NCBI RefSeq assembly: GCF_044704955.1
Contig: NC_091981.1
Span: 222,084,001 to 222,148,000, forward strand
Direction of reading: 5' to 3'
From: Pristiophorus japonicus
Taxonomy: Eukaryota
Length of the DNA stretch: 64,000 bases
Both the position numbers and the translations under genes were made by a program. Under the pieces are notes generated by a model. It made no database searches. It was not told where the DNA came from and worked only from the letters and a program-made list of their open reading frames with translations. This document shows, piece after piece, positions 1 to 13,370 of this stretch (position 1 is the first letter of the stretch; each line of letters starts with the position of its first letter).

Positions 1-765
1 TTTTAAATTTTTGTAAATGGAAAGCAACAAACAGTTTCCTTTGACGGGAAGTAATTGATGAAGGTCACAAGTCAATGTAGACTCTGTGTGGGTTCCAGCT
101 GAGGTAAATTTCAGTTATATATTGTACACAAGAAAACGGTCACAGTACTTCTGATTAAAGGCTATACCACAGGGAATAATTCTTATCTGATTTTGCCAAA
201 CTGAGGAAGTTTGGTTTGGATTGGCAGCTTATTTGCCAGTTATAATAAATCTGGGTGAGTTGGTCATTTGTGGAATGATGTATTTGCTAAATAGTGTGAA
301 ACATTTTGCAAAGCTCTATCAGCCATATGAAAAAGGATCGGAAAAGACCAGCTGATCAACTGAGTCTGTCCCATCCCGGCATGATGTAACTTCTGCACAT
401 TGTCACCCCCAATCCCCTCCTCATTCTCACCTTCACACTCATGCCACATCCAGGGAGAGCGGGTAAACTAGAAGAAAAACCGTAGGCCAATTTAGGGGAA
501 ATCTCTGGGAAATTCCTCTGTGATCCTTGAAAGTGATCAAGCACGTTCTAGGAGACTACAGTGTCGAGGTGACACAACAACACACCTACCTTCTACACAT
601 AGATATATTTGCCACCCTTATGAACTTTCGGCTCCCTTTGAATGCCTGCAGCAGATCTGTACTCACCGCACATGCTGGCAGAGGTTGATAACCTCTAACC
701 TAATCTAATGTTTATGCTTTCATAACTTATACTTGCGCCCCCTGATCCTCTCTAATCTATGTAGC

Positions 766-1639
766 CAAAGGTCCTCCGCCAGCCTGTCCTCACCACATAG
801 CACTGCCCCCCAGTCATCAAGATCCATGGCGTGGCCCTGGACAACATGGACCACTTCCCATATCTCAGGAGCCTCCTATCAACAAGAGCAGGCATTGACG
901 ACGAGATCCAACACTGCCTCCAGTGCGCCAATGCAGCCTTTGGCCACCTGAGGAAAAGAGTGCTGAGGACCAGGCCCTCAAAACTGTCACCAAGCTTGTG
1001 GTGTATCGGGCTGTAGTAATACCCACCCTCAGAAACATAGACCATGTATAGTAGACACCTCAAGTTACTGGAGAAATACCACCAACGATGTCGCCGCAAG
1101 ATCCTACAAATCCCCTGGGAGGATAGATGCACCAACGTTTGTGTCCTCAACCAGGCCAACCCCAGCATTGAAGCACTGACCACAGTTGATCAGCTTCGCT
1201 GGGCAGACCACATCGCACGCATGCCAGACACGAGACTCCTAAAGCAAACGCTCTACTCGGAACTGCTTCATGGCAAACGAGCCAAAGGTGGGCAGCGGAA
1301 ATGCTACAAGGACACCCTCAAAGCCTCGCTGATAAAGTGCAACATCCCCACTCCCACCTGGGAATCCCTGGCCAAAGACAGCCCTAAGTGGAGGAAGTGC
1401 ATCCGGGAGGGCGCTGAGCACCTCGAGTCTCATCGGCAAGAGCATGCAGAAATCAAGCGCAGGCAGCGGAAAGAGCGTGCGGAAAACCAGCCTCACCCAC
1501 CCTTTCCCTCAACAACTATCTGTCCCACCTGTGACTGAGACTGTGGCTGTCGTATTGGACTGTTCAGCCACCTAAGAACACATGTTATGAGTGGAAGCAA
1601 GTCTTCCTCAATTCCGAGGGACTGCCTATGATGATGATG
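766..1639 (+). mobile_element. RTE-clade LINE, 5'-truncated
   Basis: FPYL.S, LEKYHQRC.RKIL.I.WED and QLRWA.H..RM motifs, C-terminal CPTC..SHLRTH, (ATG)n tail; possible agccaa TSD. Confidence 0.88.
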
Positions 1640-1888
1640 AGCCAATAGCCAATACACTTGGACCAAGTCTAATCATTTCATTAATTTAATGACCTCAATT
1701 AAATTTCCTCGCAGTCTATGTTTTTCCAAAGTAAGACGCCCCAACTCTCTTAGCCTGTCCCACTAACTGAGGTATCAACCTTGTGACCCTGCTTTGTCCC
1801 TTTTACAGGCCCACTCTGTGAGGGGATCAAGCTAGACACAGTATTCTATATGTGGCCTTGTACAAAAAAAGGATAGTATTTCTTCTTT

Positions 1889-3078
1889 TATAAGAACATA
1901 AGAATTAGAAGCAGGAGTAGACAATACGGCATCTTGAGCCTGCACCGCCATTCAATAAGATCTACAGAACCAGTGGGAAGCTGTTTAATCTACATTGCCT
2001 CCAGGCCAGGTCCAAGATCACCCAAACCTCTGTCATTGAACTGCAGTATGCGGATGATGCCTGCGTCTGCGCACATTCTGAGGCTGTACTCCAGGATATA
2101 GTCGATGTATTCACCGAGGCATATGAAAACCTGGACCTTACGCTTAACATCCGTAAGACAAAGGTCCTCCACCAGCCTGTCCTCGCCGCACAGCACTGCT
2201 CCCCAGTCATCAAGATTCACGGTGCGGCCCTCGACAATGTGGACCACTTCCCATACCTCGGAAGCCTCTTGTCAACAAAGGCAGACATTGATGCAGAGAT
2301 TCAACATCACCTCCAGTGCGCCAGTGCAGCCTTCGGCCGCCTGAGGAAAAGCGTGTTCGAAAACCAGGCCCTCAAACCTACCACCAAGCTCATGGTCTAC
2401 AGGGCTGTAGTAATACCTGCCCTCCTGTATGGATCGGAGGCATGGACGATGTACAGAAGACACCTCAAGTCGCTGGAGATATATCACCAACGATGTCTCC
2501 GCAAGATCCTGCAAATCCCCTGGGAGGATAGATACACCAACATCAATGTCCTCGTCCAGGCTAACATCCCCAGCATTGAAGCACTAACCACACTCAAATC
2601 AGCTTTGCTGGGCAGGCCACTTAGTCCGCATGCCAGACACGAGACTCCCTGAGCAATTGTTCTACGCGGAGCTCCTTTATGGCAAACAAGCCAAACGTGG
2701 ACAGCGGAAATGTTACAAGGACACCCTCAAAGCCTCCCTGGTGAAGTGCAATATCACCATTGACACTTGGGAGTCCCTGGCCGAAGACAGCCCTAGGTGA
2801 AGAAAATGCATCTGGGACGGCGTTGAGCTCTTCGAATCTCAACGCTGCGAGCGTGAAGAGGTCAGGCACAGGCAGTGGAAGGAGCGTGTGGTAAATCAGT
2901 GCCACCCCTCCCTTCCCCCCGACGAATATCTGTCCCACCTGTAACAGGGTCTGTGGCTCTTGTATTGGACTGTTCAGCCACCAAAGAACTCACTTTAAGA
3001 GTGGAAGCAAGCCTTCCTCGATTCCGAGGGATTGCCTCTGATGATGATGATGATGGCTGATCTTCCACCTCAATACCT
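1889..3078 (-). mobile_element. Short CR1 3'-tail fragment split by an RTE insertion (1889-1962 and 3053-3078)
   Basis: aagaacataagaattag...ttcaataagatc | atggctgatcttccacctc rejoins to match the CR1 tail at about 19870-19960. Confidence 0.7.
1963..3055 (+). mobile_element. RTE-clade LINE, 5'-truncated
   Basis: YADD (tatgcggatgat) near 2047, LLYGSEAW motif, same 3' end and (ATG)n tail as 766-1639. Confidence 0.9.
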
Positions 3079-3097
3079 GTTTTATATGGAATTATTC

Positions 3098-3605
3098 TAG
3101 CATACGAGGATGTGGCCAGGACTGGAGAATTTTAGCTATGAGGAAAGATTGGATAGGCTGGGGATGCTTTCTTTGGAACAGAGGAGACTGAGGGGAGACT
3201 TAATTGGGGTGTATAAGATTATGAGGAGTTTAGATAGAGTGGATAGGAAGGACCTATTTCCCTTAGCAGAAGGGTCAATAACCAGGAGGCATAGATTTAA
3301 AGTAATTGGTAGAAGGATTAGAGAGGAGTTGAGAACTTATTTCACCCAGAGGGTGATGGGGGTCTGGAACTCACTGCCTGAATGGGTGCTAGAGGCAGAA
3401 ACGCTCACAATTAAAAAGTATTTGGATGTGCACTCATAGTGCCATAACCTACAGGGCTCCAGACCAAGAGTTAGAAAGTGGGATTAGGCTGGAGAGTGGG
3501 ATTAGACTGGATAGTGGGATTAGACTGGATAGCTCTTTTTCAGCCAGTCCATATACAATTGGTCAAATAGCCTCCTTCTGTGTCGTACATATCTTTGATT
3601 CTATT
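3098..3605 (+). mobile_element. CR1 LINE 3' fragment, with an 18-bp unit tripled at about 3472-3531
   Basis: SYEERLDRLG..SLEQRRLRGDLI.VYKIM and FTQRV..VWNSLP motifs. Confidence 0.88.
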
Positions 3606-4856
3606 TGTAGTTGGTCACCTTTTTTCTTTCTATACACAGCAGCCTGTTGCACCATGACCATAGAACAAATATTGTTAGTCTCATGCTGATATGAAACTAT
3701 GCTTCCTGTGAGCAACAATACAACTGCAGTGCTTAGAATAATTTGAAATCTGTATTTTGGAGCAAAGCATGTTTCACCTGAATGAGGCAGAGATGCTCAT
3801 CTTTTTATTGTCCAAGTTGTTGTGGAATATTAAAATGCATGTATGCATGATGAGAGATTATATTAAGCATTATGGATTATCAGCAATGTTCCTGCCAAGC
3901 TGCATGGTCGTGCAGTCATCTGCAAGGCCCTGCGCAGGCCGCGCACTGCTTTTACATTGTTGATACCGCGCATGCGCAAATATTTGAATGGGCTGCGTAT
4001 TGGGAAGGCAGGTCGTGCAGGAGCAGTGCAACTTGCGGGAGACATTGAGTATCAGTGTATTAATAAGTTACATTTTGAGTTATTGTGCCACAAAGGTGTA
4101 AGTTCACAGCTATGATTCTCCCTCCTGTGATCTTGATCTAGCCATTGAGCGAAAGGATATCAAATGGAGAGCAAGTGCTGCATCACAGTGACAGGAAGGC
4201 AAAGTAGGCCAATTAGTTCCATGGTGCTTTTTTAGACCTCCTGTCATTTAAATCACTGGAGCATTGGTAAAACCTTGAAGCAGGTCGCCTGTCATATATT
4301 TGGTTGAGAATGATGTGTGACATGGAGGGATCTAAACAAAGGAAAATAAGAAACAAAATACATTAAAATGGAAGTTTAAAAAATGTTGCGCGAGTGTTGC
4401 CTCCAAATTTATACACATCCTTCAGTGTCGTTTCATTGAGAGTATGCTCACTCTCCTTGGTTTTTCCATAAAAATATATGACTTCACATTTTTCTGCATT
4501 AAATTGCATTAGTTACCTGTTTGTCTATTCCACTAATCAATTTGTGCCTTTATTCATCTTGGACAGCAGTTTCCTGATTTCAGCGTTTAACTGCATATGT
4601 GCAGACGCCAGAAGTTGTTGTTCAATTTAGTCCTTAATAAAGGTGAGCATTGATAGCGTCACCGCTATTTCTGCTGCGAATTCTGAGCCGATATGTTCAG
4701 CTTCCTGGAAGCTTCATTAATCATACGTATGTAGCTGCTTGTCTTCAAAGCATTCTGAACAAACTGTCTGATTACACACATTGGAGTCCCTATAGAGAGG
4801 ATTTGTAAAATGTGGAAGAGGCACACTAATCTTTATTCTCCCTTCTTTATTTACAG

Positions 4857-4912
4857 TTTCACTGTGAAAGTGTCTGCAAATGTGTCGGGACATGGCATTC
4901 CAGATACAATAG
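4857..4912 (+). CDS. ITGA8: Integrin alpha-8-like exon A (thigh domain), 56 nt
   Basis: Polypyrimidine tract + ttacag acceptor, AG|gtgagc donor. Translates FTVKVSANVSGHGIPDTI, resembling recalled human ITGA8 FSLRVCASVTGQSIANTI. Its phase-1 end joins the next exon (G+CT = Ala). Confidence 0.85.
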
Positions 4913-4984
4913 GTGAGCATTACACCAGTACACAGTTCACAAAGATGGGACAGAAATCTGGTATAATCGATGTGTACATTTCCA

Positions 4985-7259
4985 TGTATCCTCTCCACCC
5001 ACATCCTCTTCCCCCATCCAACCCTACTGCCTTCTGCATCCGCCCCTGGAAAAAACTCTCTCCAAACTCTCTTACAACTACACTTATCAACTCCAAATTG
5101 TCCAGCCTTTGGCCCTCCATTCACCATGACATTTCTGCAACCACCGATCTGCTCAACCATACCCTCATCACCGCCTTTAATGCCCTAGTCCCTATTAAAA
5201 CCATTACTCTTACCCTGGCTGTCCCCCTGGTACGGCCCTCATCTTCGCTCCCTCAAGTCCAAGGGGCGCAGACTTGAACGGATGTGGCGGACAACTGGTT
5301 TAGCCATTCACCGCCAGATCTGGCTGGATACATAAAGCATTATCAGGTCCTACTCTTGCCTGCCAAAATTGCTCACTATTCCAGGATCATTCTGGAATGC
5401 AAAAAGGATAACCTCTGGCTACTATTCTCTACTGCTAACCTCCTTCTTAAACCCCTCTACACTGTCTTCACCACACTCGCCTCCAACAACAAGTATGAGG
5501 AGCTCATGAACTTTTTTGTCTCTAAGATTGAAACCATACGATCACCCGCATCTGCCACTTCCCTTCCTTCACCTACCCCACCGGGCCAAACTTCCTCTGA
5601 GGTTCTCCCCTGCCCTAGCCCTGGACTCGCATCTTTCACCAGTTTCTCTCCGATCTCCCCTCTTGACCTTTTCACGCTCATCTTGTCCATGAGACCACTT
5701 CCTGCTCCCTTGACCCTATTCCCACTACACTGCAGACCACCCAACTTCCTTTTCTGGCTCCCATGTTAGCTGACGTTGTTAACGGTTCTCTCTCCTCGGG
5801 TACTGTCCCCCTCTCTTTCAAATCTTCCGTCATCATCTCTCTCCTCAAAAAAACAAACCTTGACCCCACTGTGCTTGCAAGCAACTGCCCATCTCCAACC
5901 TCCCTTTCCTCTCCAATGCCCCTGAACATGTTTTCGCTTCACAAATCCATGCCCAGCTTTCCCGGAACTCTATGCTTGAATCTCTTCAATCAGGTTTCCG
6001 CCCCTTCCGCAGTACCAAAACGATTCTTATCAAAGTCGCAAATGACTTGTGACTGTGACAAAGATAAACTATCCCTCCTTGTCCTACTCGACCTGTCTGC
6101 AGCCTTTGACATGGTTGACCACTTGACCATTCTCTAATGACTCTCACCATTGTCCAGCTGGTTCCATTCTTATTTATCGAAGCGTAGCCACAGAATCACC
6201 TGCAATGGTTTCTCTTCCCACTCCCACATCATTACCTCTGGTGTCCCCCAAGGATCTATCCTTGGCCCCCTTCTATTTCTCATCTATATGCCCCCCCCTT
6301 GGCGATATCATCCGAAAACACGCCGTCAGTTTCCACGTGTACGCGGACGACACCCAGCTCTATCTCGCCACCATTTCGACCCCTCCATGGTCTCTCAATT
6401 GTCAGACTGCTTGTCCGACATCCAGTACTGGATGCGCAGAAATTTTCTCCAATTAAATATTGGGAAGACCGAAGCCATTGTCTTTGCTCCCCGTCACAAA
6501 CTCCGTTCCCTAAACACCAACTCCATCCCTTTCCCTAGCATTTGTCTGAAGCTGAACCAGACTGTTCGCAACCTTGGTGTCATATTTGACCCTGAAATGA
6601 GCTCTGGCCACATATCCGCGGCATAACTAAAACCACCTATTTCCACCTCCATAACATTGCCCGTCTCTGTCCCTGCCTCAGCTCATCTGCTGCTGAAACC
6701 CTCATCCATGCCTTTGTTACCTCGAGACTTGATTACTCCAATGCATTGCTGGCTGGCCTCCCACATTCTACCCTAAACTTGAGGTTATCCAAAACTCGGC
6801 AGCCCATGTCCTAACTCGCACCAAGTCCCACTCACCCATCACCCCTGTGCTTGCCGATCTACATTGGCTCCTGTTTAAGCAACGCCTCGATTTCAAAATT
6901 CTCATCCTTGTTTACAAATCCCTCCATGGTTTCGCCCCTCCCTATTTCTGTAATCTCCTTCAGCCCCACAACCCCCTGAGATATCTGCGCCCTTCAAATT
7001 CTGTCCTCTTGAGCATTCCTGATTATAACTGCTAAACCATTGGTGGTTGTGCTTTCAGCTGCCTGGGCCCTAAGCTCTGGAGCTCCCTCCCTAAACCTCT
7101 CCGCCTCTCTACCTCTCTTTCTTCCTTTACGATGCTCCTTAAAACCTCATCTGCCTTAATTTTTTCTTCGGTGGCTCGGTGTTAATTTGTTTTGTCTTAT
7201 AACACGCCTGTGAAGCACCTTTACTCCATTAAAGGCGCTATATAAATACAAGTTGTTGT
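4985..7259 (+). mobile_element. L2-clade LINE, 5'-truncated and decayed
   Basis: LLDLSAAFD.VDH, GVPQGSILGP, YADDTQLY, LN..KTE and LHWL motifs; L2-type tail aaaggcgctatataaatacaagttgttg. Confidence 0.88.
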
Positions 7260-7625
7260 AACTTGCACTGTCGGTCTCAGTCAAGGGAAATGTATAGTTA
7301 AAACCAATCTGCTAGAGCACCGCTTTACTATTTACATAAAATTTTTGTGTGCACTATTAAAGTAACACAAAAAATATGTATATGCAACTGCTTTAAGCAA
7401 TGCATTACAAGAGGAAATTAAACCCTATATTCTTACTGTTATAAATACAGCTTGTCTTGATCTTTATCTGAGTTCTTCTGAACTATCTACTACCTCCTAT
7501 CCCTTGCCTTTGAGGATAGTTGTATGGATGTGAACCTATCAACTGAAAGCTCCTTAAACACATATATGAACAATGTGTGACTTGTGATGCTGTCTTAAAA
7601 ACATTCAAATTTCTCTTTTCCTAAG

Positions 7626-7780
7626 CTCTGAATGCTCACCTTCAGCTCGACAGACTGAAGCAGAAAGGAGGAGTTGAAAGAACACTATTCCTTAATTATC
7701 ATCAACCACAACACACGTTCCAATTAGTCATTGGAAAGTTGGAGCATTTCATGCACCAGGAATTTGTTGTTTACCTTACA
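7626..7780 (+). CDS. ITGA8: Integrin alpha-8-like exon B (thigh), 155 nt
   Basis: ttttcctaag acceptor, gtaagt donor. ALNAHLQLDRLKQKGGVERTLFLNYHQPQHTFQLVIGKLEHFMHQEFVVYLT contains the LD.LKQKG..R.LFL motif of the alphaV/alpha5/alpha8 group. Confidence 0.92.
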
Positions 7781-8558
7781 GTAAGTGCATACAAAGGATT
7801 TTTTCTGGGTAGGGTGGTTAGATACACAAACTACTCTAAGATTTTTTAATTGTTATTTTTAATTGAAGATGTTGACTACTTGCTGGGGGTGGGGCGGAAG
7901 TGGGGTGGTATGATCGCATGACATTGGTTACCCTCTGGTACCTCACCCCAGTGGGCATTATGCATGTGTAAATATTGGCAATGAGTGTCAATAGGTTTTC
8001 AAAATTGTGAAAGGCATTACAGGCAAGCCTGATCCTGTCCAATGCTCACACATGTGCACTTCCAGAAATGGTCGCCTGACTGTGGTGAGGTGCGATAACC
8101 CTAAGCTCCCCCTTTTTAACACAGTGGTACTGGGATCACTTGTTGTGCCTGTATGACAGAATGGGAATTGAACCTGGTTTGTATGGCTCAGCTGCTCAAT
8201 GGGGAAACTTTCTGAACCATTGTGGCAGGTTTTGCTAAATTTCTACGGCTGAATGATTTGAAGTGAAATAGAAGAATTTACCCTAAGTCATAGCATCGAT
8301 TGTGTTATGATTTGTGTTTCAGTAAAGAAATAGATCCGCTGTCCATAGAGGCCTATTACTTTACTATTATATAATTGCCAAAAAAAAATCCTAGGAATTC
8401 TGTCCTTGGATGGTTGTTGGAGAGCGGAGACCGGGCAGATCTAAAGAAGCATGAATCTGAAAAATATTTTATGCTTAAAGTTGTCAAAGACATATTTTTC
8501 TATTATTTGCGAGTAATCAGGACATGAATAAATGCGATAAGCCTGCAGCTATAATGGG

Positions 8559-9667
8559 ATAGGAACATAGGAACAGGAGTAGGCCATTCAGCCCCTTGAG
8601 CTTGCTCCGCCATTCAATGAGATCATGGCTGATCTGCGACCTAACTTCATTTACCTGCCTTTGGCATATACCCCATAATACCTTTAGTTAACAAAAAGCT
8701 ATCAATTTCCAATTTAAAAATTAACAATTGATCGAGCATCAATTGCCGTTTGCGGAAGAGAGTTCCAAACTTCTGCCACCCTTTATGTGTAGAAGTGTTT
8801 GATAATTTCACTTCTGAAAGGTCTGGCTCTAATTTTTAGACTATGCCCCCCTAGTCCTAGAATCCCCAACCAGCAGAAATAGTTTATCTCTATATACTCT
8901 GTCTGCTCCCTTTTAATAGCTTGAAAACTTCGATCAGATCACCCCTTAACCTTCTAAATTCTAGGAAATACAACCTTAATTTGTTTAATCTCTCCTCGGA
9001 ACTTAACCCTTGAAGTCCAGGTAACATTCTGGTAAACCTATACTGCACTTCCTCCAAGGCCAATATATAATTCCTAAGGTGTGGTGTCCAGAACTGCTCA
9101 CAGTACTCCAGATGCGGTCTCACCAGAGTTTTGTATAGCTGGAGCATAACTTCTACCCCCTTGTATTCTAGTCCTCTAGATATAAAGGCCAGCATTCCAT
9201 TAGCCTTTTTAATTATTTTCTGTATTTGTTCATGACATTTTAATGACCTATTTACCTGAACCCCCAAATCTCTTTGGACCTCCACATTTTTTCAGCTTTT
9301 CATTATTTAGAATGTACCCTGCTCCATCCTTTTTAGGTCCAAAGTGAATGACCTCACATTTGCTTACATTGAAATCCTTTTGCCACAGTCTTGCCCATTC
9401 ACTTCATCTGTTGATATCCCTTTATAAATTTTATGCTTTCAACAACACTGCCAACAATTCCGCCTATCTTTGTGTCATCGGCAAATTTGGAAATATGGTT
9501 TTCTATGCCGTCATCTAAGTCGTTAATAAATACTGTGAATAGTTGAGGCTCCAACACAGATCCCTGCGGGACACCAATAATCACATCCTGCCAATTTGAG
9601 TACCTACCCATTACCCCTATTGCCTGTCTCCTACCGCTCAGCCAATTTCCTAACCAGATCAATAACA
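8559..9667 (-). mobile_element. CR1 LINE 3' fragment
   Basis: GVPQGSVL, FADDTK and LVRPHLEYC motifs; reversed tail ataggaacatagg. Confidence 0.9.
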
Positions 9668-10599
9668 AGAATAAATAAGGTTGTTAGTGAAGATGCTTTG
9701 AGATAACATATCAAATGGCTCAATGACAAATGAGTAACAATGTACAATAATTGTGATATGTAAAACATATTTTACCAGGAAGTCACTTCTCATAGCAGTT
9801 ATACTGGAAATTAGCATTTGATTGTACCCTGTACAGTAATAGTTGCTAAATTGCAGGCAATGCTAAAAAGGAACAACAAATACGTGTCGATTAATGAAGA
9901 AAACAACAGGCAATTTAGGATTTTGCACCAACAATGGTGCATTATAAAAGTGCTTTCATAAGTATGGAAGAGTCATTAATTACTTAGAAGGTAAGCACAA
10001 ATGAGGAGTAAGTTACCATTGATGTGAGGTGAAAAGGAAGACTGTCCATGAGCAACTGTGGACTTTTATGTCTCTATAGAATCTTGGGTTTTCTGCTGCT
10101 AGCTGTCCATTGTAGTACCATTAAGTAGACGTCCAGGAGTGGAAATTGAGTGGGAGAATTGTCCTGCTGGAACTCTACCCATTTTTCTCCATTGCACAGT
10201 TTTCAAGGGCAAGGATTAGCGGCTCTGAAAGGTCCCAGCTCAATAAGCAGTTGCTTTTAAATATGTTTTTCGGGGTATCTCCATCGGGCTTGTTATTTCC
10301 CATTGTTCGAACACGTAGGCCACCCAGTCTGAAGAATTTGAAATGGGTGTCCAAGCCTGCTAAGGAATCAGCATTAGGTGATGGGTGATTGAAATGCATA
10401 GATAAGTAACTTAAATCCTTCATATTTTAGTCACTTTTTGTCTGTTTCCTTTTTTCAGTTGGCACTTAGGCTCTCATATGCCTTTATGCCAATTGTTTAA
10501 AAAATACTTTGCCTGCACCAGATAGAGTTTGGCACCAGTGGGTTTTTCAATAGTAATTACCCCATTATTATGTGCTAGAATATCAGGCAGGCCCGACTC

Positions 10600-11100
10600 C
10601 ATGAAAGACGCTACATGTTCACCAACAGAACCTGCACTGACATATCTGCAGACAGATGTACCACATTTTGGCAGACAGTTCCTGCACGCAGAGGCTCCTC
10701 TTCCATAAGGAAGCTGGAACAGCAGACCTGATGGTACCATTAAGATATCTGAATGCTCGATTAACTGCAATGTTGTATTCTTCCTCAGTAGCAACCCAAT
10801 CATGGTAGGCCATCCTTTCAGTGCTACTGCATGAAAGAATATGAGAGGGCATTCAATAGTCTGCTAACCATTTCTGCATGGCCTGGCACACTACTGGGCA
10901 CTGACTGAGGGGAACTATCTTCACAGAGTCCACGTCAGCAGAGAGCCAGATGCAGGGATGCGCCATCTGCTGAAAGCACACCTGCAGCTACTATGCAGCA
11001 TCTGGCTGGCACATCCAGCTCTGTCCTGAAGCTTGGTTCCATCTCCTTACAGACTCGTTGCAATGCTGGCCTACTGCGATACTGCCGTGGAGTTAGCAAT
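10600..11100 (+). pseudogene. Possible decayed PIF/Harbinger (HARBI1-like) transposase fragment
   Basis: Frame reading CTQRLLFHKEA...RLTAMLYSSSVAT resembles recalled HARBI1-like C.RRLRFRKE...KVTAAL.FYA.GS. Heavily decayed. Confidence 0.35.
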
Positions 11101-11128
11101 GACCTCATACCTCCACTTCAGTTTCAAA

Positions 11129-11290
11129 GGGCCCAAATTTGGCCCAGCCGTTTTTTTTGGCACACTCACGTGAGATGCACCAACTTCCAAGGATAAAAAC
11201 GGCGGCAAAAAGTTGTCCCCGCATTCTGGCCGCTCTGTGGCCTCTCCGATGTCTTGGCGCAGCGTGGCAATTCAATTAGAGGGTGGTGCT
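11129..11290. mobile_element. Truncated Harbinger-type MITE end
   Basis: Starts gggcccaaatttggccc, the same terminus as the element at 24105. Confidence 0.65.
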
Positions 11291-11439
11291 ATGTTCTCTT
11301 TATTCTTACACGGTGCAGCTTGAAATGTGTCTTCAATGCTTGTGTTACATATAGCTGTTTATAAACAAGAACATTGAAGTTGTTCCCCATTTCGGTGAGA
11401 ATGTATGTTAATTTCAATGTTTTTATTTATCTATTCTAG

Positions 11440-11571
11440 GATGAAAAGGAGTTTCGAGATAAATTAACACCAATTAGTGTTAGTTTAAATTACAGTCTGG
11501 ATGAATCACATCCTTTTGAGGACCTTAAACCAATAATCAACTACTACAGTGAAACCTTCCTTCAGAAACAG
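11440..11571 (+). CDS. ITGA8: Integrin alpha-8-like exon C (thigh), 132 nt
   Basis: ttctag acceptor, CAG|gtaag donor. DEKEFRDKLTPISVSLNYSLDESHPFEDLKPIINYYSETFLQKQ; LNYSLDES and KPI.NYY are alpha8-like. Confidence 0.94.
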
Positions 11572-13370
11572 GTAAGAAAAAAGATTTCTTATTTAGTTAA
11601 ATATATTATAAGATGCACTATGGGTCATATTTAACTCTGGGTATTGATCACTTTTTGTACGTTATTATCATTATTCTGAGTCTTAAAATAAATTTAAAGA
11701 TGTTAATGGGGGAAAAGACTACTTGTTTAAAGACTCATTGTAATAAATTGGTGCAGTCTTGAGCAGGAGGGATGGAAATTAAAATGAAATGCGGAACATC
11801 TAGGTATAAGTTATTTGAAGGAAGGTTAAGGTTTGGAATTATCAGCACATCTAGTGCATATAGTTCAAAATCACTGACGTAATTGCATGGAATGAGAAGT
11901 ATGCAGCCACATCCCCCTTATTAACCCGATTCCTGCTGGCAACCCCATTCTTACTATAAAAATGTATATAATTGCATTTAATAGTTGCAATTAGTGACAT
12001 GGCGACATTGCATCACTAATCATGTACATCTGGAAGAATTATGTTTATTATTTTTCCAGGACAACTATATGCCTTTAGTGATGACATAAAAATGAGTGAA
12101 TAGCTAAACTTCATTGGTAATAATCCACAATGGTTAACTAAATGCAATCTAGATGACAGGTTAGGCAATGTCGATGCCTATATATACATTGTTTCACTGA
12201 CAGTGAAACGTGGTTTTCATGCTGTCTGTAGATAATTGCCAAGAGGCAGAGGCCCCTGTAATTCCACTTCCTGGAACTTACGATTTGTGGCTCCACAGAG
12301 ACTTGTGAATACCACCTATATACTAATTCGTGATGGTTTGTTTCCAAGTGAATCTTAAATGCAGTGTTCTGCTAAAATCCTGCATTCAGGAAATGTTTCC
12401 ACAAGCTTGCTGCTTGTGAAGTCTGCATTGTAGCAAATCCCCAGGCAGTGTTGGCTATGGAACAATGCTCAGCTCCATTGTGGTTCAATTAACAGAGGGA
12501 ATCCAAAGTAATAGTTGTGAACACAATTTATACCCAAATTTGTCTTGGTTGGAACATAGTACTGAACTTTCAATATCACTTACAACTTGTATTCAGTCTC
12601 AGATTTAAATGCCATGTGGTGTCCGGTACCCTGGGTATATTTGGAAGATGAGCAAAAAAGTAAAGGACAGCTATTGAATTAGACAGCACTCTTATTTTAC
12701 AATCACAGTTTTCATTGCACACAATATCTTCCCCTTGAGGTGGCCTCTGCATAAATCTATTGCTGCCCTCCACTCGCTGTTGGTAAGCTCTGCATTTACA
12801 AGCATAAAATCTCAGTCAAAAGAAATGGGCAACAAGAGAGTTGCAGAAGCTTGTTTTGCACCCTTAACTTTTCCCTACAAAATGAAAGTAGTCTGAAGAT
12901 AGCTTCATGGAAGCTGCAATATTTTTATCTGCACATGTTTGCATTAAGTGTGGTAAACCTATGCAAAACATATGCAACATTGCGGACACCATATGCCCGC
13001 TAATGTACACCTCAGATATCACATTACAAGAAATTGTGTTATTGTGGTGACCTGTGCAGAAAGGTCAGATGGTGACAAACCTTTACGCCCTTAGGAAGCC
13101 ACCACGCTTATTATGTGATGAAGGACTATCTCCTCAACTCTCTCATCCTACCCAATCCTTATATGCTAGAGTAGTTTGTTTTTGATTTTATTTTCAGCTT
13201 GTCTCAGCATATTTTCTGAGTCAGTGGCTATGTCCTCTAGCCTTGGCTAGCCATTTCAAGAGGAATTATAGGTAGTTAGTCACTGGTACTCTCTTGTTCC
13301 TTCCTTAATCACCTAATTAACTTTGGCTTCATGCAGGCTAACTTCAAAGGGGCCAGGGAAATCCTCGAGG

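Noticed and set aside
1-4856. Additional upstream integrin exon (RARPVV-type)
   Set aside because: No splice-bounded matching frame found by eye; it is probably upstream of the window.
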